This document shows positions 1 through 10,003 of a DNA stretch of 61,110 bases, one piece after another; position 1 is the first letter of the stretch, and the number at the start of each line of letters is the position of its first letter. The notes under the pieces were generated by a model that was given only the letters and a program-made list of their open reading frames with translations, searched no databases and had not been told where the DNA came from. The translations under genes and the position numbers were made by a program. This DNA is from Tubiluchus corallicola. Its lineage: Eukaryota > Animalia > Priapulida. The stretch lies in NCBI GenBank assembly GCA_030141605.1, contig JAQGDQ010000742.1:1-61110 (forward strand), written 5' to 3'.

Positions 1-230
1 ATACTGTTAATGGCAGGTTTAATACAACTGATGCCACCGAAAATATGATGCTGTTTGAGCAGGTTAAGATACCTTTATTTTATGAGAGAAGAGGTAGGCA
101 AAGAGCTATGGATACGAGACGCTTTGCCAACAATTTAAGTAAGTTCTTAAAGGATGATCCTTATAATATTGATAGCAGGGTAACTATAAAGGGACTGGGC
201 GAAGCAACAATTTACTTAGGGGGAAAATAA
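1..230 (+). CDS. 3' end of a conserved Bacteroidota protein (DUF6175-like), 5'-truncated by the window edge
   Basis: The frame is open from position 3 (TVNGRFNTTDATENMMLFEQVKIPLFY...GLGEATIYLGGK*), so the ORF-track start at 45 is internal. Family recognised from memory. Confidence 0.65.
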   Translation, partial: TVNGRFNTTDATENMMLFEQVKIPLFYERRGRQRAMDTRRFANNLSKFLKDDPYNIDSRVTIKGLGEATIYLGGK

Positions 231-244
231 AAAGAAAGAGAAGC

Positions 245-1354
245 ATGAAAAATAGTGTAGGAGTATTTGCAGCAGTTATTTTATTATTTTCTGTAAACAT
301 TAACAGTAAAGCCCAAAATAGACTGGATAAAGCTGATGATCTTGAGCGAATTGTATTAAACTCATACCTGCCTGAACAGGAGGAAGAGTTACCTCCACTA
401 GCAAAGAAAGTACTACTAAACAAGTTGAGCAGAATTGCGACAAAGTATGGTATGGGGGGGAGTAATTTAAACATGAGGTTTATCATTACATCCAATGTGG
501 TGGAGCTAAGTAAAGATCTGATTGCAGCCTCTCCTCCAATGATTGCGTTAGCATTGGAGGTAACATTATATATTGGCGATGGTGTTGACGGAATTAAATT
601 TTCCAGCTTGTCTTTCGATGTTAAAGGTGTTGGTTCAAATGACGCAGAGGCGTATAGCTCTGCTTTTAAGCAGATTAGGCCTGCTGATCCTGAAGTGAGA
701 AGTTTTATCAATTCCGGTAAAACCAGAATTGTTGAGTACTATAATAGTAACTGTGATTTTATTATTACAGATGCAACGTCAAAATCTGAAAGAAAGGAGT
801 ACGATGCGGCAATAGCGTTACTGCTTACAGTTCCTAAAGTATGCAAGGAGTGCTTTGATAAATGTCATGAAGTCGCAACTTCTGTTTACAAAACGAAGCT
901 GGAAAATGAGTGTTTAGAAAAAATACAGGCCTCAAGAGCTGCAAAGGCAAATAAAAACTGGGATGAAGCTGTTGAGTTATTGAGTGGTGTTATACCTGAT
1001 GTATCCTGCTATGATGAATCTCAAGCCATCCTTAAAGAGATAAGCGATCATAGGTGTTCTGAAGCGTTGGAGAAGGCAAAGAGCGCCTGGGGTGAAAAGA
1101 ATACGCAGGAGGCTGCTTACTGGCTTGGCCAGGTTAGCGCTGATTCTAAATGCTATGGTGATGCTGTTGCCTTAGGGGATGAGATAAAAAGTAAGGTAAA
1201 ACAAAAAGAGGACAGAGAATGGGATTTTGAATTGGAGAGCAGTGATAAAGCGGCTGACATTCAAGAGATTACTATAAAAGCGTTACAGGATATTGGAGCC
1301 AACTATAATAATTCTGCTGAAGTGGTTGAACATAATCTTAAGGGGTGGTGGTAG
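245..1354 (+). CDS. Secreted conserved hypothetical protein with three Cys-bracketed TPR-like helical repeats
   Basis: 369 aa ORF with a signal peptide (..INSKA|QN), 14 bp after the upstream stop. Repeated C-x(~32)-C helical units in the C-terminal half. Confidence 0.8.
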   Translation: MKNSVGVFAAVILLFSVNINSKAQNRLDKADDLERIVLNSYLPEQEEELPPLAKKVLLNKLSRIATKYGMGGSNLNMRFIITSNVVELSKDLIAASPPMIALALEVTLYIGDGVDGIKFSSLSFDVKGVGSNDAEAYSSAFKQIRPADPEVRSFINSGKTRIVEYYNSNCDFIITDATSKSERKEYDAAIALLLTVPKVCKECFDKCHEVATSVYKTKLENECLEKIQASRAAKANKNWDEAVELLSGVIPDVSCYDESQAILKEISDHRCSEALEKAKSAWGEKNTQEAAYWLGQVSADSKCYGDAVALGDEIKSKVKQKEDREWDFELESSDKAADIQEITIKALQDIGANYNNSAEVVEHNLKGWW

Positions 1355-1393
1355 AGCAGAGAGAGTGCCGTGCTGGTTAAAGCTTAATGAAAT

Positions 1394-1533
1394 GAGACCA
1401 TTGCAAGCCGAAAGATATTGGCCCTGGTTGAAGGAAAATTCGATGAAAGACCATAATTCTCTTGAGTAAACGCGGGTTTTGAAGAGAACTTTAACGAAAA
1501 TTTCAATAAAAAGCCAAGGGTTGTAAAGGCCTT
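1394..1533 (+). repeat. Dispersed intergenic repeat, copy A (MITE-like, 140 bp)
   Basis: Imperfect TIR GAGACCATTGCAAG...GTTGTAAAGGCCTT. The core GGTTGAAGGAAAATTCGATGA is shared with copies B-E. Confidence 0.7.
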
Positions 1534-1567
1534 ATTATGTGGCTATTATAAGGAGGCGCACCCCAGT

Positions 1568-4174
1568 TTATTTCAATTTATCGGAGATAACTATAGTATC
1601 TTTGAACTTCATAGTTTCTCCTGTTGTATTAAAAAGCTTAACTACAATAATATAAATGCCCAAATCTTGTTTTGTTCCATTCTCGTTTTGTCCATCCCAT
1701 TCAAAGTAGTTGCCAGGTGATAGCAGATGATTTTTTAACAACCTGCGCACCTCAATTCCTGCAGGACTGTATATTGTAACATTTGCTATCCAGTTAGGTT
1801 CTCCAGGGGAGAGATAAATACCCAGCCTGTCGTTATATCCATCATCATTGGGAGAAAAGATACGAGACTCCAGCCTGAAAACATCCTCTCTTTTTTCATC
1901 AACTATATTGTCTATATATCCCGGTGTTGCAAATCCCGTTGAGCTTGAACCAGAGTGCCAATTCCCGCGCTCACCTGTCCCTCGTTGAAAATCAATCCTC
2001 TCCAATGATACTCCCTCTAAGTTTGTAAGTAGAGGATTGTGCATATCCTCATTATAGTATAGCTCATCAAGTACCTCTTCCCATTCGTTTAACAGGACTA
2101 CCCTCCCTTCGTCATCAGGAAAACCAGGTAGCTTGTTCATCTCTATGATGCAATCCATACACCCTGTATAGTATGTATTTATGACAGATAGAGAGTCGGT
2201 GGTGAGCACTGTAAGTTCTCCCGGGTTCAGGAACTTTCTGCTATCTGCTATTTGATAAATATTTTCCAGCACCATCAAGTCATCGCGTGTAGCTAAGTAT
2301 AAGCGTGACACATCAATTTCATAATCAGAATTATTATAAATTTCCACAAAATCTGATTCGTAAGGGAGTGGGTTAAAAAGGAGTTCGCTAATAAGAGCAT
2401 CTCCAGAGGAAGGTATGTAATAAAGAAAGTTGCCTTTTACATTGGCAGATACGTTACCGCAAAGGTCAATCAGTTTTATAATCTCTAGGTTATATCTGTT
2501 TCCATTAATGAGAGGTGAGCCTGCAAGCTGAAGTTTTATCATTAATGAGTCTTTTCGGTATACAATGGTCTCTATCTCAAGCGATCCTCCTGCCAGTATA
2601 AAGTTGTCCTTTTTTAAGCATAAACTGTCAATAGGCTCACTGAAAAACATTGCGACTGTAGAGTGATTCACAGCCTCTGCATAATACATATATGGAGGAG
2701 TAGTATCTGTATTGGGGTAAGTTTCTGAGTTAATTTTTCCGGGCGTACCTCCACTATCCGCCTTAGAAGTTTGCCAGTTGTTTTCATCATCGCAATTTCT
2801 CTGAAAGTCTATCTTCTCCAAAGACCATCCCCCCTCATCAAACTCGTTGCCGTGGTAATCAGGCAGGTATTCAAACCTATCTATTATGATATCATCCTTG
2901 GTAAGTGAAACCACTGTGCCACTATTTCTTAGTGTAAAATTATCGAGCCCTATTACTTTACCATACTTCTCCATCTCTTCCACATTCTTTGCTGTTACCA
3001 ATAACAGGTACTCTCTGGGCTGCATAATAGTCTCCGGCAATGCTATCTGTTTTTTATCAATATGTAATGTCCACTCTTGCATCTTTACTGGAAATTCTGA
3101 GATGTTTACCAGTTCAAGGTATTCACACTCCGGGAGCCCTTGGGATGGAGTGGGGTCAGCCATAATCTCATTAAAAACCACACGATAGGGTGGGGCTGGG
3201 GGTGTAAAAAAGAAGTTCACAGTGTTGTTTTCCAGTCTATTTCCATATAAGTCTGTAACATTGGACACTGATAGTTCCAATGACCAGCTATCAATGTGGT
3301 CAAAGGATAGTACAACCCCGGGCACACCCTCTTCTGCCCTGAGAGATCTTATCTCTATCTCCTCTTCTCCCTCTGCTTTTATTGTATAGTTTTCTATTTT
3401 TAGCAGTTCACTATAATCCATTTTATCGGAGAAGACCACCAGCACTTCGTTGTCTGAAAATGCTTCTACTCTTCTTATGTAGGGAGCAGTATTCTCAACC
3501 TTCATCAGAAAGTTGTCGAACCAGAGCTGCCCACCTTCTCCTGAAGAGTACATAAAATAAAGCCCGGAGTGTTTTACGGATAGGTGACTGACCTCATCTT
3601 TCCCTGCTGGACTCTCTGTCCATTCTGTATCATCAGGTTTTTTGTACAGTAATTCCCAGTTGCCGCAGCTATCGCGCTTCACTTTAACTTGCCTGGTGCT
3701 GGCTTTTCTCCATAAATATTTTGACCTGACAAGCTCTTCTACCGGCTCTCCTCTTTTAAACCTATAAATGGACAAGTATTTGCTGCCATTTTCAAAGTTT
3801 ACACCTGCTGCAAAACCATTAGTAAGTTCCGGCTCAGATAGGTCAATGGCAAGAAACATGTAAAACCTCACAGCTTCGTCAATAGACCAGTCCCCATTAC
3901 GTAGCGTAAATTCCCACTCCCAGTTGCCGGAGTTTATCTCCTTGCCCTGGAACTCCCTGTAAATAAAGCTGCTTCCTCCTCTATTGTAAACATTGTGCTT
4001 CAATGAAAAATCTCCTGCTATAGGATTTTCCCCATCAATACTCCAATCTTCCGCATTGCTCCATTCAAGGAGATGTCCACTCTCAAAGTCATCGGAATAG
4101 AGCACCTGCGAATAAACTTGCCCTTTCCCCAAAAGCACGCATAGAATAATGAGCCTGTGAGTTAACGCGTTCAT
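1568..4174 (-). CDS. Lamin-tail-domain protein with type IX secretion type-B (CHU_C-like) C-terminal sorting domain
   Basis: Two LTD-like units (VVFNEIMADP..EYLELVN..GGWSLEKID..GGTPG and LISELLFNP..DFVEIYN..GVSLERID..ATPG). C-terminal FSPNDDGYND..WDGQNENG..GIYI motif. Confidence 0.85.
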   Translation of the reverse strand: MNALTHRLIILCVLLGKGQVYSQVLYSDDFESGHLLEWSNAEDWSIDGENPIAGDFSLKHNVYNRGGSSFIYREFQGKEINSGNWEWEFTLRNGDWSIDEAVRFYMFLAIDLSEPELTNGFAAGVNFENGSKYLSIYRFKRGEPVEELVRSKYLWRKASTRQVKVKRDSCGNWELLYKKPDDTEWTESPAGKDEVSHLSVKHSGLYFMYSSGEGGQLWFDNFLMKVENTAPYIRRVEAFSDNEVLVVFSDKMDYSELLKIENYTIKAEGEEEIEIRSLRAEEGVPGVVLSFDHIDSWSLELSVSNVTDLYGNRLENNTVNFFFTPPAPPYRVVFNEIMADPTPSQGLPECEYLELVNISEFPVKMQEWTLHIDKKQIALPETIMQPREYLLLVTAKNVEEMEKYGKVIGLDNFTLRNSGTVVSLTKDDIIIDRFEYLPDYHGNEFDEGGWSLEKIDFQRNCDDENNWQTSKADSGGTPGKINSETYPNTDTTPPYMYYAEAVNHSTVAMFFSEPIDSLCLKKDNFILAGGSLEIETIVYRKDSLMIKLQLAGSPLINGNRYNLEIIKLIDLCGNVSANVKGNFLYYIPSSGDALISELLFNPLPYESDFVEIYNNSDYEIDVSRLYLATRDDLMVLENIYQIADSRKFLNPGELTVLTTDSLSVINTYYTGCMDCIIEMNKLPGFPDDEGRVVLLNEWEEVLDELYYNEDMHNPLLTNLEGVSLERIDFQRGTGERGNWHSGSSSTGFATPGYIDNIVDEKREDVFRLESRIFSPNDDGYNDRLGIYLSPGEPNWIANVTIYSPAGIEVRRLLKNHLLSPGNYFEWDGQNENGTKQDLGIYIIVVKLFNTTGETMKFKDTIVISDKLK

Positions 4175-4255
4175 AGTGCCTTATGAAAATACAATAATTT
4201 AAGTATAACTCCTAAGATGGTAAACTATAAGGTATAATGCACCCGATAATATATT

Positions 4256-4394
4256 GGGGTTTTTGCAAGGCAAAATATTTTGTTCAAGTTAAGAAAAAGT
4301 CGATGAGATGCCGTAGTTTACAGATGCAAATGAGGGCTTAAAATAGAGGCTAGACGGAAATAGTTAATAAAGAGTGGGATTTTGAAAGTGCGTC
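4256..4394 (+). repeat. Dispersed intergenic repeat, copy B
   Basis: GGGGTTTTTGCAAGGC..TTTGTTCAAGTTAAGAAAAAGTCGATGAGATGCCGTAGTTTACAGATGCAAAT..TTAATAAA..; colinear with copies C and D. Confidence 0.7.
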
Positions 4395-4498
4395 TATTAA
4401 TTTAAGGTAAGCTGTTACAAATATTAAAAGCTACTCAAGTCTTTTACAGAAGTTTGCGTTGTTACTCTTCCTGGCTTTATTGCTACCTGATCTTGTAT

Positions 4499-4546
4499 AT
4501 TATTTTGTTTATTATTTTGTTTATATTATTATTTTGTTTATATTTG
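4499..4546 (+). promoter_or_regulatory. Bacteroidota sigma-A-type promoter of susC, overlapped by three 12-bp direct repeats
   Basis: TTTG (4516-4519), N19, TATATTTG (4539-4546). ATTATTTTGTTT occurs at 4499, 4511 and 4528. Confidence 0.6.
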
Positions 4547-4615
4547 ACATGTGGGGTGCCCCAATAACTAGAGCTTCTGACAACTTATTTGCCAAACTAA
4601 ACTTTTACAAGTTTT

Positions 4616-7600
4616 ATGAAGAAAGTGTTTAAACGGCTTCTTCTTAGCCGAAATAGGAAGTTAATATTGTGTGTAAAAATTGTTTTATCCCCCTTTCTTT
4701 CTGGCCTGTTTCAGGCATCGGCAAGTACCTATTTTCAAAACACCGAGCTTTCTCTACATATAAATAGCACAGAAGAGACTATTTTACCAAACACTCTTAG
4801 CTTGCAACCTCAGGGCAGCAAAGTTTCAGGGCGGGTTACTGATGATGAGGGGGTGCCTATCCCGGGAGCAACTGTTATGGATATAGAAACTTCCCGTGGA
4901 GTTATTACTGATATTGATGGCTACTATTCCATTGAAGTTTCATCAAATTCTAAACTACAGTTCTCATTTATTGGGATGTTTCAGCAAATCATTGATATAG
5001 AGGGGCAAAGTGAGTTGAATGTTGAGTTGAAGAGTAAGTTTGAAGAGTTGGATGGTGTTGTTATTGTTGGCTACGGAACACAAAAAAAAGGTAGTGTGAT
5101 TGGCTCAATTGATGCAATTGAACCGGAGCAATTAAAGCAGCCGACAAGAACGCTAAGCACATCTTTGGCGGGAAGACTTGCAGGGGTTGTTGCGGTTCAA
5201 TCTTCAGGGGAGCCTGGCTACGATGGTGCAAACTTTTGGATAAGAGGAGTTAATACTTTTACCGGTAATACCAGCCCACTGATTTTAATAGATGGTGTTG
5301 AGCGTGATCTTGACAATGTGGACCCGGAAGAAATTGCGGATTTTACCATATTAAAGGATGCCACAGCTACTGCAATTTATGGGGTCAGAGGGGCCAACGG
5401 AGTTGTACTTATCACCACAAAAAAAGGCAGAATTGGTAAACCACAAATTAACATACGTATGGAGAATGGGTTTACAAACCCGTTAAAGCTACCGGATTTT
5501 GTTGATGGCCCCACCTATATGAGATTGCAAAATGAAGCACTACAAAACTCAGGCAATACTCCTATCTACTCGGAAGACCAAATAAATAAAACAGCTGCAG
5601 CAGCTGATCCATATTATTATCCTAATGTAGACTGGATGGATGAATTGTTAAGTCCCTGGCCTGCAAATCAGCGTATTAACCTGAATGTTTCCGGAGGTGG
5701 AGAGCAAGCACGCTATTTTGTTTCTGGCGCATTTCTTAATCAAAATGGAATGTGGAAAAGGATTCAGAACAATAGCTATAATAACAATGTAAACATTAAG
5801 CGGTATAATTTTCGCTCAAATGTAGATGTAAATGTTACAAACTCAACATTGCTGACAGTACAGCTGGCTACAATTTTGGATGATCGCAACTATCCCGGCT
5901 ACTCCAGTAGTAACATTTTTGGAACAATGCTTAATACTCCTCCTGTATGGTACCCTGTAGAGTACCCCGATAAAACAAAGATTCCTGGTTATCCTTACGG
6001 TATGGCACGGAGCCCTTATCAGCAGTTAGTTTATTCCGGGTTCACAAGCGAATATCACTCGACATTACAATCGAATATGATTGTTAACCAGGATTTGGAA
6101 ATGGCCATGAAAGGACTAAAAGCAAAATTCATGTTTGCTTTTGATTCTTATACCAATGCAAAAGTTAAGAGAGTAATGAGGCCCCGGCCTTACCTTATTA
6201 AACCGTGGGGTTTTGACGAAAACGGAGAACCTATTCTTATAAACCAGAAAGGAGAGTATAATTATGAGGACCAGGAACCTTCCAGCACCTCTTACCATGA
6301 TTATCTTGTTAGGGAATCGGATAGGCCATATACCGACCGATCTGTGTATATCGAAGCATCTTTAATGTATAATAGGAATTTTAGAAACCATGAAGTTGGT
6401 GCTATGTTTCTTTATAATCACAGCGACCATATGTATCCCAGTACAGAAGGATTGTATGACGCTGTTCCCAGGCGTCATCAGGGAGTAACAGGGAGAGCAA
6501 CCTACTCGTATAGAAACAGGTATTTCTTTGAGTTCAATTTTGGATATAACGGTTCTGAGAATTTTGCTAAGGGAAACAGGTTCGGTTTTTTCCCTTCATA
6601 CGCAATAGGATGGGTCCCAACAGAAGAGCAGTTCATGGATTTTATTAAGCCTGCTGTGCAATACATGAAAATAAAATTATCTCATGGTGAAGTTGGCAAT
6701 GATAGGGTTGGAGCGACGAAGGATTTAAACGATAATAACGTCAATCGCTTTGCTTACCTGACTCGTGTTGAAGAGACAGACACCAATGTTGGCTTTGGCA
6801 CCAATAATGGATATGGTTATGGCAGTGGCAAAGGAATTAGTATTATTTATTATGGAAATCCGGATGCCACATGGGAAACTGCTATAAAGACTGACTTGGG
6901 AGTTGAAGTTGATTTTTTCACCCACTTCCACTTGCAGGCTGATGTGTTTTATGAAAAAAGGGTTAATATATGGACACAGCTAACCAAAGTGCCTGGTATT
7001 TTTGGTTTTGATAAGTCAATCCCAGGAGCCAATGTGGGTGAAATGGAGAATATTGGGGTTGATGGCTTTTTGGAGTTCAACAAAGTTATTAGCAAAGATT
7101 GGACTGCAAATTTTAAAGGTACATTCTCATATGCAAAAAACAGAGTGCTAGCCAACGGTAGCGAGACTCCTAAGTACGAATACCAATCACAGATAGGGCA
7201 GCCCTTCGGGCGTCTTTTGGGATATATCGCAGATGGACTGTTTACTGATCAGGCAGAGATAGACAAGCACCCGGATCAATCATATCTTGGAACATCCAAG
7301 CCCGGAGATATTAAATACAGAGATGTAAACAATGATGGGGTTATTAATAACCATGATCGTCAGTACATAGGAAGCCCTTCCATTCCCGAGATTACATTTG
7401 GGCTTGGTGTAGGCTTTACATATAAGGATGTTGATTTTGCTGTACTGTTTCAGGGTGCTTCTAATGTGTCATTCTTTGCTGCACCGAAACCATTTCCGGA
7501 AGTTGACAGGCGAAATGTCTGGACTTTTGTTGAGGAAAGCCGCTGGACAGAGGAGAATCAGAATATATATGCAGATTTTCCTCGCCTGGGAGTTGGGGCC

Positions 7601-7861
7601 CAGAATAATAACTATGTAAGCTCTACTTGGTGGTTACAGGATGGGAAATATGTCCGACTTAAGCAAATAGAGTTAGGGTATTCAATACCTAAAATTTGGA
7701 TGAGTAAGTTTAAAATGAGAGGAGCCAGAGTGTACTTTAATGGTCTGAACCTTCTGACATTATCTAAGTTTAAATGGTGGGATCCTGAGTCCAGAAGCGG
7801 AAATGGAATGTATTATCCTCCTCAGCAAGTTGTAAACTTTGGTGTCGAAGCTAAATTTTAA
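4616..7861 (+). CDS. susC: SusC/RagA family TonB-dependent transporter
   Basis: Carboxypeptidase-like domain (KVSGRVTDDEGVPIPGATV), plug motif ILKDATATAIYGVRGANGVVLITTKKG, C-terminal F. Confidence 0.95.
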   Translation: MKKVFKRLLLSRNRKLILCVKIVLSPFLSGLFQASASTYFQNTELSLHINSTEETILPNTLSLQPQGSKVSGRVTDDEGVPIPGATVMDIETSRGVITDIDGYYSIEVSSNSKLQFSFIGMFQQIIDIEGQSELNVELKSKFEELDGVVIVGYGTQKKGSVIGSIDAIEPEQLKQPTRTLSTSLAGRLAGVVAVQSSGEPGYDGANFWIRGVNTFTGNTSPLILIDGVERDLDNVDPEEIADFTILKDATATAIYGVRGANGVVLITTKKGRIGKPQINIRMENGFTNPLKLPDFVDGPTYMRLQNEALQNSGNTPIYSEDQINKTAAAADPYYYPNVDWMDELLSPWPANQRINLNVSGGGEQARYFVSGAFLNQNGMWKRIQNNSYNNNVNIKRYNFRSNVDVNVTNSTLLTVQLATILDDRNYPGYSSSNIFGTMLNTPPVWYPVEYPDKTKIPGYPYGMARSPYQQLVYSGFTSEYHSTLQSNMIVNQDLEMAMKGLKAKFMFAFDSYTNAKVKRVMRPRPYLIKPWGFDENGEPILINQKGEYNYEDQEPSSTSYHDYLVRESDRPYTDRSVYIEASLMYNRNFRNHEVGAMFLYNHSDHMYPSTEGLYDAVPRRHQGVTGRATYSYRNRYFFEFNFGYNGSENFAKGNRFGFFPSYAIGWVPTEEQFMDFIKPAVQYMKIKLSHGEVGNDRVGATKDLNDNNVNRFAYLTRVEETDTNVGFGTNNGYGYGSGKGISIIYYGNPDATWETAIKTDLGVEVDFFTHFHLQADVFYEKRVNIWTQLTKVPGIFGFDKSIPGANVGEMENIGVDGFLEFNKVISKDWTANFKGTFSYAKNRVLANGSETPKYEYQSQIGQPFGRLLGYIADGLFTDQAEIDKHPDQSYLGTSKPGDIKYRDVNNDGVINNHDRQYIGSPSIPEITFGLGVGFTYKDVDFAVLFQGASNVSFFAAPKPFPEVDRRNVWTFVEESRWTEENQNIYADFPRLGVGAQNNNYVSSTWWLQDGKYVRLKQIELGYSIPKIWMSKFKMRGARVYFNGLNLLTLSKFKWWDPESRSGNGMYYPPQQVVNFGVEAKF

Positions 7862-7867
7862 CCAAAA

Positions 7868-9754
7868 GTGATCGTGAATAAATTTTTTTCAGTAATAGCA
7901 GTATTTGTTCTCTTGTCTATCTTCTCTTCATGTTCTGATTTTTTAGATCAGATACCTGACGAGAAGCTTAGTGAGGATAACCTTTTTCAGTCAAAGGATG
8001 ATGCAGTAAAGGTATTAACACAGGTTTATGCTTACTATAAGTCTCCTATTGATTTTGTAAACTCCATTGGGTTAAGTGGAGATAACGTTAAGTTTAACTG
8101 GTCTAATTACGATTCCCATCGAAAAGATATAGGAACATTTGGACCCGGAGACCCGGTGTTTAACAACTGGAATGGTATTTATAATTCAATAAGAACCAGC
8201 ATATATTTTTTAAGTCGAATTGATGAGTGTAAGGATGAAAAGCTGACTGATCAGGAGAGGGCGTGGTGGAAAGGCGAAGCTGAATTTTTACAAGCTTATT
8301 ATTATTTCCTGTTATTACAGCAGTATGGCCCTGTTCCATTGATTACTAAGATATATGAAGGTAATGAGCTAACAGATGCTATTGAAAGCGGAGTTCCAAG
8401 AGCTTCATTTGATGAGATGGTAAGCTATATTGACAATTTGCTTGTTTCTGCATCTGAGAAGCTGGATGTAACCTATGCTATTCCTGACAGAGCAGGCCGG
8501 GCAAATGCTTCTGCTGCACTGTCCTTACGATCACGGCTATGGTTATATGCAGCGAGTCCGCTCTATAACGGGCTTGTGTCTCCAACAGGTCAGAGCTATT
8601 TCCAGTTAATGATTAAAGATAAAGATGGGCGCGATCTCCTTAGCTCAGATTTTGACGCCGGAAAGTGGCAAAAAGCGTTGGATGCAGCAAGGGAAGCTAT
8701 TGCATTAGCTAAATCAGGAGGGTATGGCTTGTACCTGGGGGATGGAAATAAATATAGTGATGGGCTCTCACTATATCGCCATATCTTTTCATACCCCAGA
8801 GGTGGGGAGCCCAGTATAGAAACTATATTTTACAAACAAAATTTTAGTACAGGCAATTGGGTAAGGCATAGTATGCCTGTTAGCTGGAGTTCTTACTCTG
8901 GCATTTGCCCTACTTTGGAGCATGTAGGTGAATATTTTATGGCAAATGGATTAATGCCCGAAGATGACACTGAATACCAAAGTGTAGATGGGTTTGAGAC
9001 ATACCAAAAGGATGGTTTTGAAATCGAGCTATATAAAAAGTTTAAAAAACGAGATCCTCGTTTTTACTCAAACATATTGTTTCCTGAGAGGTACTCATAC
9101 GCTATGCTTGATGGAGATACGGAGAGCTATGATACCAAGTGGTGTGGTGAAAGTGATAACGACAGAGTGTATTTTAGACCATACGCAGATGGACCTGATG
9201 GATTTAACAGTAAAACGGGAAGAGATTATTGTATCACAGGCTTTCTATGCCTAAAGTGGGTTGCCCCCTCAGTTACTAAAACAAATTTTGGAGATTACGC
9301 AGTTCCAGTCTTTAGATATGCAGAGTTGCTTTTGAACTTAATGGAGTCTGCATTTGAATACTCGGTTGCGAAAGGTGAAAATCCTCTTTTCAATAATGAA
9401 ATATTTGATGCATGGGATGAATTGCGGGAGCGTATAGGTATGCCGGGAGTGAGGGATGCATATGCTGCTGCTGGAATACCTCTGAGCGAGGAGAAGTTAC
9501 GCCAATTAATTCATAGAGAGAGGCGTGTTGAACTGGCATTTGAGGCTCACCGCTATTTTGATAACCGAAGGTGGCTGGACGCTAAAAGGGAGGGAGGCGA
9601 AATGCACGGTTATGATATCATGGAAAACGGAGAGGAGTTTTGGGTTAGGAAGCCATTTGAAACTCGCTTCTGGAATGATAAACTCTACTTCATGCCAATA
9701 CCTCAGGTTGAGATTGATAAGAATCCGGCTCTAACACAAAACCCGTTATGGTAG
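7868..9754 (+). CDS. susD: SusD/RagB family lipoprotein
   Basis: Lipobox FSSC, and motifs FRYAELLLN, ERRVELAFEAHRYFDNRRW, LTQNPLW. Confidence 0.95.
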   Translation: MIVNKFFSVIAVFVLLSIFSSCSDFLDQIPDEKLSEDNLFQSKDDAVKVLTQVYAYYKSPIDFVNSIGLSGDNVKFNWSNYDSHRKDIGTFGPGDPVFNNWNGIYNSIRTSIYFLSRIDECKDEKLTDQERAWWKGEAEFLQAYYYFLLLQQYGPVPLITKIYEGNELTDAIESGVPRASFDEMVSYIDNLLVSASEKLDVTYAIPDRAGRANASAALSLRSRLWLYAASPLYNGLVSPTGQSYFQLMIKDKDGRDLLSSDFDAGKWQKALDAAREAIALAKSGGYGLYLGDGNKYSDGLSLYRHIFSYPRGGEPSIETIFYKQNFSTGNWVRHSMPVSWSSYSGICPTLEHVGEYFMANGLMPEDDTEYQSVDGFETYQKDGFEIELYKKFKKRDPRFYSNILFPERYSYAMLDGDTESYDTKWCGESDNDRVYFRPYADGPDGFNSKTGRDYCITGFLCLKWVAPSVTKTNFGDYAVPVFRYAELLLNLMESAFEYSVAKGENPLFNNEIFDAWDELRERIGMPGVRDAYAAAGIPLSEEKLRQLIHRERRVELAFEAHRYFDNRRWLDAKREGGEMHGYDIMENGEEFWVRKPFETRFWNDKLYFMPIPQVEIDKNPALTQNPLW

Positions 9755-10003
9755 ATATAATAATTCACAAACAAAAATACCTGAAAAGCACCTTAAGTAT
9801 ACTGGTTGTGTGTTTTAAACTAAAATAGGGCTCATCCACAGCGGTAAAATATTTTTTAATACCAAAATTAGCCTTAATATCCAGGCTAGTATTAAATCCA
9901 ACTGTAAGATGTGAGTTTGCAAAGGCTTTGCTGCACTAATTTGGTCCCTTATTATATCTATATTTGTGCTGCAATTTAAAGATAAAACTTATTAGGTCTT
10001 ATT

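Noticed and set aside
184-711. 175-aa minus-strand ORF, and similar antisense or alternate-frame ORFs (e.g. 11314-11838, 12519-12932, 17411-17821, 27530-27955, 35705-36157)
   Set aside because: They overlap well-supported genes, have Ser/Ile/Leu-rich shadow composition and show no recognisable motifs.
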